Below the pieces are notes generated by a model, which saw only the letters and a list, made by a program, of their open reading frames with translations, made no database searches and was not told the origin of the DNA. DNA of 64,000 bases, taken from assembly GCA_002471575.1 (NCBI GenBank), contig DKQG01000046.1:108853-172852 (forward strand), read 5' to 3'. A program made the translations under genes and the position numbers. Within the stretch, counting starts at the first letter, position 1; the number at the start of each line of letters is the position of its first letter. Of the stretch, positions 37,133 to 47,052 are shown piece by piece. Source of the stretch: Alphaproteobacteria bacterium UBA7314 (lineage in GTDB: Bacteria; Pseudomonadota; Alphaproteobacteria; MPNO01; UBA830).

Positions 37133-38734
37133 TCAATCAAAGACGGTTTCCGAATAATGATTTGCATCGACAATGGCTTCGATCACCGTTGGACCATCCG
37201 ACCGGAGTGCCTTGCCGAGTTCGGCCCGCAGTGTTTCCATATTTCGGGCGCCTACCGCAGGTACGCCGAAGTAATGCTCGGGCGGGTCGCGATACTCCTC
37301 TTCCTGCAGCGCAGTGCCATAGATCGGCAACTGGCGGCGTTCCTGTTTTACCCGTATCAGGCCAAGCCAGCGGTCGTCGAGCACCACGACCGGCAGGCAG
37401 ATGCCAAGTCGCTTGGCTGTCGCCATCTCGCCACAGGTCATCTGGAAACATCCGTCACCCAAAACGCAGACCACCGGTAAATCCGGTCGCGCTAGTTTGG
37501 CTGCGATAGCAGACGGCAAGCCGAACCCCATCGAAGACCAACCATTAGTAATGTGAAACGTTCTCGGCGCGTGGCTTGTCCATTGGCTGGCGATCTGATG
37601 TGTATGGGCTCCGACATCGAATGTCAGGATTCCATCCACTGGGAGCATGTCGCGAACCACGTCGATCGCCTCGTGAGGGCTAAAATTTTCTTCGTTAGGG
37701 CGTAGGGCCGCCTGAAAAGCCGTTCGGTGGCTTTCTATCTCCGCATCTGTCCAGTCGTTTTGACACTGTTCCGCACCGACAAATGCCGACAGGGCATCAT
37801 CGAGATCTCCTGTCACTTCTCCTTTTACCTGGACGGATGGTGCGACGTCGGCCTTTTCGATATCGACCTGGAGCAGCGGCGTATCGCCGATCCAGGCTTC
37901 GTATTCCACCTCTATGGTATCGTACCCCAACCCTACGATCAGGTCCGATTTTCGCAGGAATGCTCGCTGCATCTGCCTCTTGCCCCGCTCGATACAGCCG
38001 ATAGATAACGGATGATCTTCGTCGATCATCCCTTTAGCCATTGTAGTGGTGGCGAATGGAATTCCGTGATGTTGGACAAAGCTTCGCAACAAATCCGGGT
38101 TTGCCATCCGCATCGCACTGGAGCCTATCAGGGCTATCGGACGCTTCGCCGCACTGAGTATTTCGTGGCCAGCGTCTATCGCGGCAGCATCCGCTGGTGA
38201 AATTCGGCCGAGCACGGGGATCTCGGGAATACTCTCCGTCGCCGGCGCCAGCGCGACGTCCTCCGGCAGGTCAAGATGCACTGGCCCTCTCGGTTCCGAC
38301 ATCGCGATTGCGACAGCTTCGATGACAGTTTCGGCAACCGACCCTTCTCGTAAGGCCAGCGTCGCCTTGGTGATCGGCGCAAACAGCTGATGGTGATCGA
38401 TATACATCTGAATCCGTCGCCCAAGCTGATCGGTATTCAGATTGCAGGTGATCGCGATCATGGGCGAGCGATCGAGCCAGGCATTGCCGACGCCTGTCGC
38501 GAGGTTGGTCGCACCCGGTCCAAGCGTTGCAATTCCGAGACCCGGCGCATCGGTCATGCGACCCATAACATCGGCTGCAAAACCGGCGGATCCTTCGTGC
38601 GCCGTCAGGACGAAGGGCAGATCGTGGAGCCGCATAGCGTCCATTAGTGGCAATACATTTCCGCTGGGTATTCCGAAACCGTAAGTGGTTCCCGCCCGTT
38701 TGAGGATTTGAACAATTAGTTCCGCGTTGTTCAT
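37133..38734 (-). CDS. Thiamine pyrophosphate-dependent enzyme, acetolactate synthase large subunit-like (IlvB/PoxB/Mdlc family)
   Basis: 533 aa; N-terminal Pyr domain (AELIVQILKRAGTTYGFGIPSG...HEGSAGFAADVMGR) and C-terminal TPP-binding GDGxF...N motif region. Confidence 0.85.
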   Translation of the reverse strand: MNNAELIVQILKRAGTTYGFGIPSGNVLPLMDAMRLHDLPFVLTAHEGSAGFAADVMGRMTDAPGLGIATLGPGATNLATGVGNAWLDRSPMIAITCNLNTDQLGRRIQMYIDHHQLFAPITKATLALREGSVAETVIEAVAIAMSEPRGPVHLDLPEDVALAPATESIPEIPVLGRISPADAAAIDAGHEILSAAKRPIALIGSSAMRMANPDLLRSFVQHHGIPFATTTMAKGMIDEDHPLSIGCIERGKRQMQRAFLRKSDLIVGLGYDTIEVEYEAWIGDTPLLQVDIEKADVAPSVQVKGEVTGDLDDALSAFVGAEQCQNDWTDAEIESHRTAFQAALRPNEENFSPHEAIDVVRDMLPVDGILTFDVGAHTHQIASQWTSHAPRTFHITNGWSSMGFGLPSAIAAKLARPDLPVVCVLGDGCFQMTCGEMATAKRLGICLPVVVLDDRWLGLIRVKQERRQLPIYGTALQEEEYRDPPEHYFGVPAVGARNMETLRAELGKALRSDGPTVIEAIVDANHYSETVFD

Positions 38735-38750
38735 GGTCTATTCCGTTTGC

Positions 38751-38786
38751 TTTGCACCCACATACCCTGCACCTCGGGTGGGTGCA
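38751..38786. promoter_or_regulatory. Perfect 10-bp inverted repeat TTGCACCCAC-N15-GTGGGTGCAA in divergent promoter region
   Basis: Read directly between the TPP enzyme gene start (minus) and the DASS transporter start (plus). Confidence 0.35.
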
Positions 38787-38854
38787 ACCAAATGCATAAG
38801 CCTATAGCGCAGTGTCGCATTGACATCAGGTCCTGTGCCACACAGTTTGCGGCG

Positions 38855-40243
38855 ATGGATAAGAAGATCGGCGTTCTACCCGCAGCCGTCGCAATGGCTG
38901 GCATCATTTGCGGAGTATTCCTCTGGTTCCAACCGGCACCAGCAGGCACACTCCCGGACATGATGAAGATCGCCGCGGTGGTCGTCATCGCGGTATCGTT
39001 GTGGGCTAGCGGCATCGTTCCGGAATACTTCACCGCGATCATTATCTTTTTCTTGGCTGTGGTGCTTACTGATGCTGGCGCGAAAACGGTATTCTCGGGT
39101 TTTCACTCTGCCGCCGTCTGGATGATCTTCGGCGGACTGATCATCGGTGCGGCCGTACAGGAAACCGGTTTTGGCCACACCCTTGCAAGCGGTCTCCTCA
39201 GGATATTCCCGCGCAGTTACTTCGGCATTCTGTGCGGCATAACCGTCGTCGGAACGGTTCTGTGTTTCATCATTCCCTCCAACACCGGACGCATCGTTAT
39301 TATGATGCCGATCTTCATGGCGCTTGCGGATCAGGTGGGCTTCGAGCCCGGAAGCCGGGGCCGCGCCGGGATGGGTCTCGCGGTCGCGGCCGGTTCCGTT
39401 TATCCAAGCCTCGCAGTTCTGCCTGCCGCCGTCCCCAATCTCGGCTGGTTGGGCGCGACGGAGAGCATTCACAGGATCAAATTCACCTACGCCGAATATT
39501 TGATCGCCAATTTTCCGGTAATCGGCATTGTATCCATGATCACCATTCCAATAATCTGCAGGTTCCTTTTTCCTGGCCGTATCGGGGATGCCGGAAATGC
39601 AGTTCAGCCTGCAAGGTCGTCTGCGGAGCAGACCAGACTAGTCATCGTTCTGACGGCGGCCATCGGCCTCTGGCTGACGGATTTTGCCCACGGCGTGTCG
39701 CCGGCCTGGGTCGCACTGGGAGCGGCGGTAATCTGTATGCTTCCGCGTGTAGGCATGGTGCCGTCGTCCATCATGATAGGCAAAATATCCTATGCTCCGT
39801 GGTTCTTTGTCGCGGGCGTGATTGGTATGGGGGCCATGGTCGCCAAAGCCGGACTCGGCACTTACATAAGCCGATTCCTGTTCGATACCGTGCCGCTAAA
39901 TGCCGGGCAGGATTTTCTGAATTTCGCCATAGTCGGAGGCGTCGGCTCTGCAATGGCGTTGTTGACAACCGTCCCGGGACAACCGGCCATTATGACGACC
40001 CTGGCGGCGGATATTGCCGTGGCCACGGGGTGGCCGTTGAAAACAGTGTTGCTGACACAGCCGCTAAGTTGGGCGATGGCAATGTTCGCGTATCAGTTTC
40101 CACCGTTCATCCTCGCAGCACACCTCGGTGGCATATCGGCCGGCCATCTCGCGCGGTTGGTCTTGGCAATGTGCGCGACCGCTTGGATCGTTATGATGCC
40201 CCTTCTGTATGTGTGGTGGCAGGCAATCGGCTATTTTGGATAA
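38855..40243 (+). CDS. Anion permease, DASS/SLC13 (divalent anion:sodium symporter) or ArsB/NhaD-type superfamily
   Basis: Track ORF from 38747; preferred start MDKKIGVLPAAV (ATG 38855). 12+ hydrophobic segments with a duplicated architecture. Confidence 0.65.
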   Translation: MDKKIGVLPAAVAMAGIICGVFLWFQPAPAGTLPDMMKIAAVVVIAVSLWASGIVPEYFTAIIIFFLAVVLTDAGAKTVFSGFHSAAVWMIFGGLIIGAAVQETGFGHTLASGLLRIFPRSYFGILCGITVVGTVLCFIIPSNTGRIVIMMPIFMALADQVGFEPGSRGRAGMGLAVAAGSVYPSLAVLPAAVPNLGWLGATESIHRIKFTYAEYLIANFPVIGIVSMITIPIICRFLFPGRIGDAGNAVQPARSSAEQTRLVIVLTAAIGLWLTDFAHGVSPAWVALGAAVICMLPRVGMVPSSIMIGKISYAPWFFVAGVIGMGAMVAKAGLGTYISRFLFDTVPLNAGQDFLNFAIVGGVGSAMALLTTVPGQPAIMTTLAADIAVATGWPLKTVLLTQPLSWAMAMFAYQFPPFILAAHLGGISAGHLARLVLAMCATAWIVMMPLLYVWWQAIGYFG

Positions 40244-40311
40244 CGTGCTCGGAGGCAGTCAGGGGCCTGCGGCTATCTCTGCTACCTCGCGGTGATTTCG
40301 GCGGAAGAGCC

Positions 40312-40437
40312 TTACGCGCCATCGCGTGAAAGATTAGCTCGTGTGCTGGACGGTTCCCCTCCGAACAGTTGTTTGACACGGACCTCAGATTTACGTCGAA
40401 ACGCGGACCACTGAGCCTCCTGCAGCTGCTTTGCCAT
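40312..40437 (-). mobile_element. Possible IS5-family transposase N-terminal stub (41 aa)
   Basis: MAKQLQEAQWSAFRRKSEVRVKQLFGGEPSSTRANLSRDGA* loosely parallels IS5-type N-termini ([30 protein letters not shown]...). Too short for the track; weak similarity only. Confidence 0.2.
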
Positions 40438-40738
40438 CTCCAAGCTTCAAGTTAGGCGATAGGCGCGCGGCTGAATGTCTCCATCGAACACAAGCCAGAA
40501 ATATGTCGCCTGATTTTAGCGCTGATGGCTCGCGACGACACTGTTGGGTTCGGTGCTACCCTTGACCCATTCCAGCGATGCCGGTTTGGAGCGTCTCATC
40601 AGTTACGCTGAGCACTATTGGGAACGCCCATTTTTAAACATGAGCCAACCGCCCGTAAATAAAGAACAAATCTCCGCCACGCTTTTTCATGGCATTTTTG
40701 GAGATTTGCTCAAGGCCCTCCCCAGCTTTTTGCAGGGG

Positions 40739-41785
40739 TCAGACTTTTCCATCCGCACTGAGCAGAATGGCGATAGGGCGGGTTTGCGGGAATTCAGCCA
40801 GAACGATCATCAAAAGTACCGTAATGGGGACAGAGAGGAACATCCCCGTCACCCCCCATATCGATCCCCAAACCGCCAGAGAAATGATAACCACGAGCGA
40901 TGACAGATTTAAGGATTTCCCCATCATTCGTGGTTCCAGGACGTTTCCAATGACCAGTTGCGCAGCGCCAAGCCCCACGGCAATGGTCAGAAATTCGCTG
41001 CCGACACCAAACTGCAAAAGCGCCATCAACGCTGGGAACACAACGCCCAAAAGCGACCCGATAGTGGGGATATAGGCTAGCAAAAAGATCACGAACGCCC
41101 AGAATCCGGCGAGATCCAAACCCACCGAAATAAGTACCACATAGCTGATTATTCCCGTCAGCAGGCTCAGCAGGGTCTTCACGGCGATGTAGGTTTGGGT
41201 TCGCTTCTGAATTTCGGAGAGGATGAACTGCACTTCCTTGCGCCGATCGCTCTCCGGAAACAGGGCCTCGATCTTGCGCGAAAACGTCCGCCCTTCGGCC
41301 AGCAGAAAGATGACATAAATCACGATCAACCCAGCGTTTCCAGCGACCTTGGCGACCGCCCCAGCAACGCCGCCGATCAGAGCCCGGACGTCCACCTGCT
41401 CGATCACGTAGGCAATTGTTGGCATCTCCTCGAACCCACCAAATTTCAGGCAACGTTCGATCAGCTGTTCGAGATTCGCCTGATAGGCCGGCGCCGCATC
41501 CCGTACGGACGCGATATTGCCGCTGATCATCTCGACGATCAGCCCCAGTGCGACCAGAAAAAACACGATCGAGGCGGTCAGCGAGAGCCAGCCCGGAAAG
41601 TTCAGGTGTGTCTCGATCAGGCGAGATAATGCATTGATCACGTACCAGATCATCACCGCGATCGCGAAGGGGATCAGAAGATCTCGGCCGGTCACCAGCA
41701 CGTAGGTCGTCAGGGCTGCGATACCAAAAGTAACACCGAAAGCGGCCAGTCTGCCGGACATGGCGAACTCCTGCGGAAGCATCAT
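40739..41785 (-). CDS. AI-2E family transporter (PerM/TqsA/YdiK, UPF0118)
   Basis: 348 aa, 8 TM; ...GVVFPALMALLQFGVGSEFLTIAVGLGAAQLVIGNVLEPRMMGKSLNLSSLVVIISLAVWGSIWGVTGMFLSVPIT is the conserved C-terminal AI-2E motif block. Confidence 0.85.
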   Translation of the reverse strand: MMLPQEFAMSGRLAAFGVTFGIAALTTYVLVTGRDLLIPFAIAVMIWYVINALSRLIETHLNFPGWLSLTASIVFFLVALGLIVEMISGNIASVRDAAPAYQANLEQLIERCLKFGGFEEMPTIAYVIEQVDVRALIGGVAGAVAKVAGNAGLIVIYVIFLLAEGRTFSRKIEALFPESDRRKEVQFILSEIQKRTQTYIAVKTLLSLLTGIISYVVLISVGLDLAGFWAFVIFLLAYIPTIGSLLGVVFPALMALLQFGVGSEFLTIAVGLGAAQLVIGNVLEPRMMGKSLNLSSLVVIISLAVWGSIWGVTGMFLSVPITVLLMIVLAEFPQTRPIAILLSADGKV

Positions 41786-41876
41786 TTCCCCAATCTTATC
41801 AGAATCGACCTCTTTTGCGGGAATAGACGCTCGCCGTCGCTTCAGGGCCGGCGATTTACCCCCCGGCGACGGCGGT

Positions 41877-42050
41877 CTACTTCGCGGCGTCGGCGAACGT
41901 CGTCGCGACGTCGTTGTTCCTGCTAGCAGCGGCCTTTGGCGCTGTTGTTGTTGCGGCGCTCTCCCCTTTTGCCGCGTTCGCCGCGTTTGCCGTTTCCGCC
42001 CTTAACTTCTCCAGTGCATTTGCACCAGGGATTACCTTTGCTCTTGCCAT
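41877..42050 (-). CDS. Candidate small Ala-rich protein (57 aa)
   Basis: MARAKVIPGANALEKLRAETANAANAAKGESAATTTAPKAAASRNNDVATTFADAAK; TTGACA-N17-AAAATT promoter-like element upstream on the minus strand. No family recognised. Confidence 0.2.
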   Translation of the reverse strand: MARAKVIPGANALEKLRAETANAANAAKGESAATTTAPKAAASRNNDVATTFADAAK

Positions 42051-42410
42051 TTCATCTTGGTGGACCCTTGTATTGGCAGACCGATCCAGATTCACCACCG
42101 TCGGTGCTGCGTACACGACTGGTACGCAGAGACCAAGCCTGGCCAGAGCGTATCCTCGCAAAACATCATTCGTGAGTTTCCGGTTTTTGCCACACCGTTA
42201 CAAACAGCCTCCCACTCACCAACCGGAAGCTCCGCAAAACTTCCTTGCAAAACAATTTTGGATCCGAGAATCAAATTGTCAGCCAAAGTTTTTGCGTGTC
42301 TAGATTCTGGGATAAACCCCTGAAATATTGAAATTTTCGCGTTCCCTGGCCAAGATTTCAGCCCTTGCAGGATCCGCCGTGATACGTCCGGCCAGCACCC
42401 TCAAAGCAGG

Positions 42411-43514
42411 CTATCCCGCAGACTGTCTAAGCCCCCGTGCTTCGAGCCGCGGCAACACCTCATCGATTACGATCGGTAGATCGTTCAGGTAGTTGGGCAG
42501 TCCCATCGCCACTGCATCGGCGCCTGCCTCGGCAAGTTTGGCCAGCTGATCGGCCACGCTGTCCGGGTCGCCGACCACCGGCGTCGCGCCATTTGCCGTT
42601 GCGGCGCGCATGCGGAAGTGCCGGCGCTCCTCTTCGGATATCTCGTCGGTGTCTATTCCGCGTTCTACCATCATGATACGGCAAGCCTCGGTATCTGCGT
42701 GTTCGACCGCATAGTAGTAATGGTATTCCTCAGCCTCTTTCTGTGTCGGTCGGCACACCACGCCGATATTAGTGAATAAGCCGACATCGCGACCGATAGC
42801 GCGGCCGGCTTTTCGGAGCCCGGCGCAATCCTCGCGGAACTTGTCGTAGTCGTAGAAGGTGTGAAACAGCATGTCGGCATTTCGAATGGCGTATTCCCGT
42901 CCACGGCCCGACGTGCCCGCGCAAGCCACCATGGGGCGCAAATTGCTGACAGGTTTGGGGTTCAGCACTGTGCCCTGGGTCTGGAAGAATTCGCCTTCGA
43001 AATCGAAAGGCTCGTCCTCAGTCCAGATTCGGGTGACGAGATCGATCCATTCCTGACCCAGGTCGTAGCGCCGTTCGTGTTCGCCCAGATCGACGCCGAG
43101 CATGTCGAACTCTTTCTGGTACCAGCCGCACACGATGTTGAGGCCGAACCGGCCGCCGCCTATGTGGTCCGCTGTCACCATCTGTTTGGCGGCAACAGCC
43201 GGCGAATGTGCGGTCACATGCACCGTGCCGAACGCCATGATGTTCTTCGTCGCTGCCAGCAGGCCGGATGCCCAGGCAATAGTCTCGAAATTGGAACCGT
43301 TGTGATTGGTCTCGCCGCCGTAACCGATCCAGCGGCCGAGGGGCAGCATAAAATCGATCCCGGCATCGTCGGCGCGGACCGCCAGCTCTCGACAGTTTTC
43401 CCACGACGCGTCCCACCGCTCCGGAAATGTCGAACACGCCAGGCCACCATCGCAGTTGGAGCCGAACAACCCTACTGCCAGCTTGTTGCGGTCGAATTTT
43501 CGCATTACCGACAT
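42411..43514 (-). CDS. Luciferase-like monooxygenase (LLM) family, SfnG/MsuD-like FMNH2-dependent monooxygenase
   Basis: 367 aa; KLAVGLFGSNCDGGLACSTFPERWDASWENCRELAVRADDAGIDFMLPLGRWIGYGG... aligns well with SfnG-type LLMs. Confidence 0.8.
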   Translation of the reverse strand: MSVMRKFDRNKLAVGLFGSNCDGGLACSTFPERWDASWENCRELAVRADDAGIDFMLPLGRWIGYGGETNHNGSNFETIAWASGLLAATKNIMAFGTVHVTAHSPAVAAKQMVTADHIGGGRFGLNIVCGWYQKEFDMLGVDLGEHERRYDLGQEWIDLVTRIWTEDEPFDFEGEFFQTQGTVLNPKPVSNLRPMVACAGTSGRGREYAIRNADMLFHTFYDYDKFREDCAGLRKAGRAIGRDVGLFTNIGVVCRPTQKEAEEYHYYYAVEHADTEACRIMMVERGIDTDEISEEERRHFRMRAATANGATPVVGDPDSVADQLAKLAEAGADAVAMGLPNYLNDLPIVIDEVLPRLEARGLRQSAG

Positions 43515-43555
43515 AGCCGGAATCTCGCGCGGTAAAGGCCCGAGATCAACCCGTG

Positions 43556-43592
43556 GAGAAAAGAAAAAACAGCGTCTCGAAGGACGCAGCGT
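43556..43592 (-). terminator. Rho-independent terminator downstream of DMT transporter gene
   Basis: Minus-strand reading aaaacgctGCGTCcttcgaGACGCtgttttttcttttc: 5-bp GC stem followed by a T-rich run. Confidence 0.45.
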
Positions 43593-43688
43593 TTTATGGT
43601 TATTTCAGTTCTGTGAGGACTACGGGCGGCGCCTTATCCAAACGAGTCCGAAGACGGCCGTCGTAACGGGTGTAAAAATTAGCTACGC

Positions 43689-44579
43689 TCAGCCACGCTT
43701 AAGCAGGTACAGATTACTGCCAACGATCAAAATCGCGCCGACGATGCTCCACCAGCTTGGAACCTCGGCGAACAGAAGGACCCCAAAAATTGCGGAATAG
43801 ACGATCCGCATATAATCGAACGGTACGGTGACCGTGGCTTCCCCGAGAGTGAAGCCATGAGTGATACAGGACTGCCCCATGATCCCGAGGATCCCGATCA
43901 GGACCAGCACTGGAGCTTCCTCCCAGGTTGGCGGGATCCAAAACAGATAGGCTGGGATTGCCGAAAACAGCGTCGTGTAAAACGCGTAGTAGAAAATGAT
44001 CCGGCGCGTTGGTTCGGTGGTGCCCAGTTTCTTGATCGATATCACAACCATGCCGCCGAACACGGCCCCCGCCACAGCCACTATTCCGTTGGGATCGAAG
44101 CCGCCGCCGAATGGCTGAAGCATGATCAGTATGCCGCAAAACCCAGCAAAAGTGACCGCGATACGCTGCCGCCCCGCAACTTCGCCCAGAAACAGGAAAG
44201 CCAGCAATATCATGAACAGTGGCCGCGAAAACTGCAGCGCCATGGCATCCGCCAGAACCAAGTGCGTGATCCCGAAAAAGAAACAATAGTTGCCGCATGC
44301 TCCCCAAAACCCGCGCTGGAAGTGCATACCGGGGCGCTTGGTCCTGATCACATCGATGCCGTCTTTCGCAATTAGAAGTGGTGCGAAAATGAGGAAGCCG
44401 ATCAGCGAACGGCTGAACATCAACTGTGCAGTGTGAAGGCGTTCACCAAGTATCTTGACGAATACCGCCATAATCGTCAGCAGGATCGCACCAACCGAGA
44501 CGAACAGCACAGCGCGCAGGTTGACCGGCAGCAGCCCCCATCTTTGCCGAGCGGCGAGAAGATGCGAAAAGCCTCTCAA
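43689..44579 (-). CDS. DMT superfamily (EamA-like) transporter
   Basis: 296 aa, 10 TM, two EamA repeats. Confidence 0.8.
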   Translation of the reverse strand: MRGFSHLLAARQRWGLLPVNLRAVLFVSVGAILLTIMAVFVKILGERLHTAQLMFSRSLIGFLIFAPLLIAKDGIDVIRTKRPGMHFQRGFWGACGNYCFFFGITHLVLADAMALQFSRPLFMILLAFLFLGEVAGRQRIAVTFAGFCGILIMLQPFGGGFDPNGIVAVAGAVFGGMVVISIKKLGTTEPTRRIIFYYAFYTTLFSAIPAYLFWIPPTWEEAPVLVLIGILGIMGQSCITHGFTLGEATVTVPFDYMRIVYSAIFGVLLFAEVPSWWSIVGAILIVGSNLYLLKRG

Positions 44580-44641
44580 GTATCGATGCCGTGGCGTCTC
44601 AATCCCGTCTCCATCCGCCGCATGCAGAACAGGGCGAACAT

Positions 44642-44833
44642 TTAGAAATCTCCCTTAAGGGACCACACGCGATAGCGAAATATCGCGGGTGGGTTCCGCT
44701 CTATGAAAAAAGGCGCTGCCGAGGCCAAGCCGCAACCGGCAATAGGTGCGGCGACGAGAAACCACAGATTACCCGATACCATCAGCATTACGACGAATAC
44801 CATCGCGAGCGCCGCACCCACCAAGTGCAGCAA
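44642..44833 (-). CDS. Candidate small membrane protein (63 aa, two TM)
   Basis: MLHLVGAALAMVFVVMLMVSGNLWFLVAAPIAGCGLASAAPFF...; 60 bp upstream of and co-oriented with the DMT gene. Confidence 0.3.
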   Translation of the reverse strand: MLHLVGAALAMVFVVMLMVSGNLWFLVAAPIAGCGLASAAPFFIERNPPAIFRYRVWSLKGDF

Positions 44834-45195
44834 CCCCGCGGTGGATTCTCTGTGTCGCGAAAGATAGTACGGCTACAACTCATTGGCGGATTTGATGCCA
44901 TGGCTCTTCATCATGCCAGAGGATAAATCGTTCAAAAGCATTCTTAATCCTTATCTTGGTCGCGAGGCTGAGCAGCATGTCTATGAGGTCGATGCGCTCA
45001 TCTATGGGGTGGTAAAGCCTTCACAAGAACGATATTCGACTGCGCTGGATAGCGGTCTATCAACACTTCTTCGGTCCCAATTGTCATGGCGCGCCCTCCA
45101 GCGCAATCCGAAATTCACTCTACTCCTCCTCGAAAGCCCCAGCCAGCGCCGTTAGCCCGTTTACGACGGCGCCGAAGGATGCTTTTATTCCTCGC

Positions 45196-46500
45196 ATGAC
45201 AGACACATTTTTAGACTTGGCGCCGGAAGGCCGTGTACACCGGCGCGTATACACTGATCCGGCAATTTTCGACGCCGAGATGGACCGGATTTACGGCAAT
45301 GCCTGGTTATTCGTCGCCCATGAAAGCCATATTGCTGAACCCGGCCAATACGTGACCGCTCATCTCGGCGAGCGGCCGATGATCGTTGCCCGACATACCG
45401 ATGGCGAAATATACGTGTTTGCCAATCGCTGCACCCATCGGGGTATGAAAGTTTGCGGCGCCCGGCGCGGATCGAAAAAACGTTTTGTCTGCCCATATCA
45501 CGGCTGGGCATTTGCAACCGACGGCTCGTTGATCGGTATTCCCCACGGCAAGGGATATAATGGAAAGATCGACCAGAAAGATCCCGATCTGGCTCTGGAC
45601 CGTGCTGCCCGTGTCGACAGCTATCGCGGCTTCGTTTTTGCCTGCAAGGCCGAAGATGGCCCTTCGCTGACGGATTACCTAGGCCCGATGACCCGGGCAT
45701 TGGACAATATGATCGACCGGGCACCGGGTGGGGAAATAGAGATGACCGGCGGCGGGTTCCGTCAGCGCTACAAAGGTAACTGGAAGCTCCACATGGAAAA
45801 CGCCAACGATCTGATGCATGCATCGATCGTGCACGCATCTTCGGTCGATGCCGCGCAGGCAGTCGCCGACGACATGGAAGATGGCGAGGAAGATCATGCG
45901 CTGCAGATGTTCAAGGGCAACGGCCTGCCGCTGGCAATGATGGACGAGGTGGAAATTCATGGATTTCCAGGCGGTCATTCCTACATGGGCGGGTTCTATA
46001 AGGAAGGCCCAATTACGCAGGCAACCGACGAAGACCCGGTGGTCGCGCAGTACCGCAAATCGATGATTGATGCCTATGGCGAGAACCGGGCGGAAGACAT
46101 CATGGGCTGGGATACCTTCAACCACCTAATCTATCCCAACCTGATCCTGAACCCTAAGCACCAACAAATGCGTCTGCTGCAGCCGGTCAGCGTCGACTGC
46201 ACGATCGTGCATTCAATGTGTTTCCGGCTAAAGAACGCGCCTGAGGAAATGTACCGGCGCAGCGTGAGATTTCTGAGCGCATTGAATTCGCCAGCATCGC
46301 AGATCACGACCGACGATATCGCCATGTTCAACAACATTCAGATCGCACTTGATGAAGCGGACAGCGACTGGATCGACCTGTCCCGCGGCTTGGGTCATGA
46401 CCGCCCGCATGATAACGGCGGTGAGATCGGCGCAGTCGGAACCAGCGAACTGCCGCTCCGCGCCCAGTACGCGGCGTGGCGCGACCTGATGAGTCAGTAG
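45196..46500 (+). CDS. Rieske non-heme iron oxygenase alpha subunit (alpha-only type, GbcA/CntA/KshA-like)
   Basis: 434 aa; CTHRGMKVCGARRGSKKRFVCPYHGWAF Rieske motif; catalytic domain with ...NANDLMHASIVHAS mononuclear-iron His ligands. Confidence 0.85.
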   Translation: MTDTFLDLAPEGRVHRRVYTDPAIFDAEMDRIYGNAWLFVAHESHIAEPGQYVTAHLGERPMIVARHTDGEIYVFANRCTHRGMKVCGARRGSKKRFVCPYHGWAFATDGSLIGIPHGKGYNGKIDQKDPDLALDRAARVDSYRGFVFACKAEDGPSLTDYLGPMTRALDNMIDRAPGGEIEMTGGGFRQRYKGNWKLHMENANDLMHASIVHASSVDAAQAVADDMEDGEEDHALQMFKGNGLPLAMMDEVEIHGFPGGHSYMGGFYKEGPITQATDEDPVVAQYRKSMIDAYGENRAEDIMGWDTFNHLIYPNLILNPKHQQMRLLQPVSVDCTIVHSMCFRLKNAPEEMYRRSVRFLSALNSPASQITTDDIAMFNNIQIALDEADSDWIDLSRGLGHDRPHDNGGEIGAVGTSELPLRAQYAAWRDLMSQ

Positions 46501-46513
46501 AAGGGGACTACCC

Positions 46514-46957
46514 ATGCCCGCAACCGACCTTCACCACCTTGCCATCAAGACCGGCGATGTCTACGCATCGGTGGAATTTTACAATGAAGTTATCGGATCA
46601 CATTCCGTAAAAAGGCCGAATTTCAACTTTCCCGGCGCCTGGCTTCAGTTTGGCGAAACCATGATTCATCTTTATGGCGGCGATGCCGCTAAAAATGTTG
46701 AAGGCAGTCACGATCACGGCAGCGCGGCGATAGACCATATCGCCCTGTCCGCGCACGGATTCGATGAAATGCGCGGTATTTGCGAGGCCCGGGACCTGGA
46801 CTGGCGCCAGTTTGATATTCCTTCGTTCAATCTTTGGCAGTTGTTCGTTCACGATCCCAACGGCGTGCTGATCGAGCTGAATTTCGACACCGCCAAGGAG
46901 CCCGAAGGCAGCAAAGGCCCGGATGAGACCAAGCGATACGAACCAGGAAAATTTTAG
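46514..46957 (+). CDS. VOC family protein (glyoxalase/bleomycin resistance/extradiol dioxygenase fold)
   Basis: 147 aa; LHHLAIKTGDVYASVEFYNEVIG...HIALSAHGFDE. Confidence 0.7.
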   Translation: MPATDLHHLAIKTGDVYASVEFYNEVIGSHSVKRPNFNFPGAWLQFGETMIHLYGGDAAKNVEGSHDHGSAAIDHIALSAHGFDEMRGICEARDLDWRQFDIPSFNLWQLFVHDPNGVLIELNFDTAKEPEGSKGPDETKRYEPGKF

Positions 46958-47052
46958 ACTCGAATAATTCCGCGTAAAATTAGTCCCTCGTGGAATTGGA
47001 CTAACGCCTAGCCTTCGGCAGAGCCCTCACGTTCGCAATATTGCCGGTCTGA

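Noticed and set aside
39232-40329. 365-aa plus-strand ORF
   Set aside because: Alternative frame of the DASS transporter gene; it has an Arg/Gly/His-rich low-complexity translation.
42411-43514. Idea that the LLM monooxygenase is the F420-dependent hydride transferase partnering fbiC/npdG
   Set aside because: The sequence aligns block-for-block with SfnG/MsuD-type FMNH2-dependent LLMs rather than the F420-dependent Fgd/Mer/Npd clade. It is also 9 kb away on a separate transcription unit.
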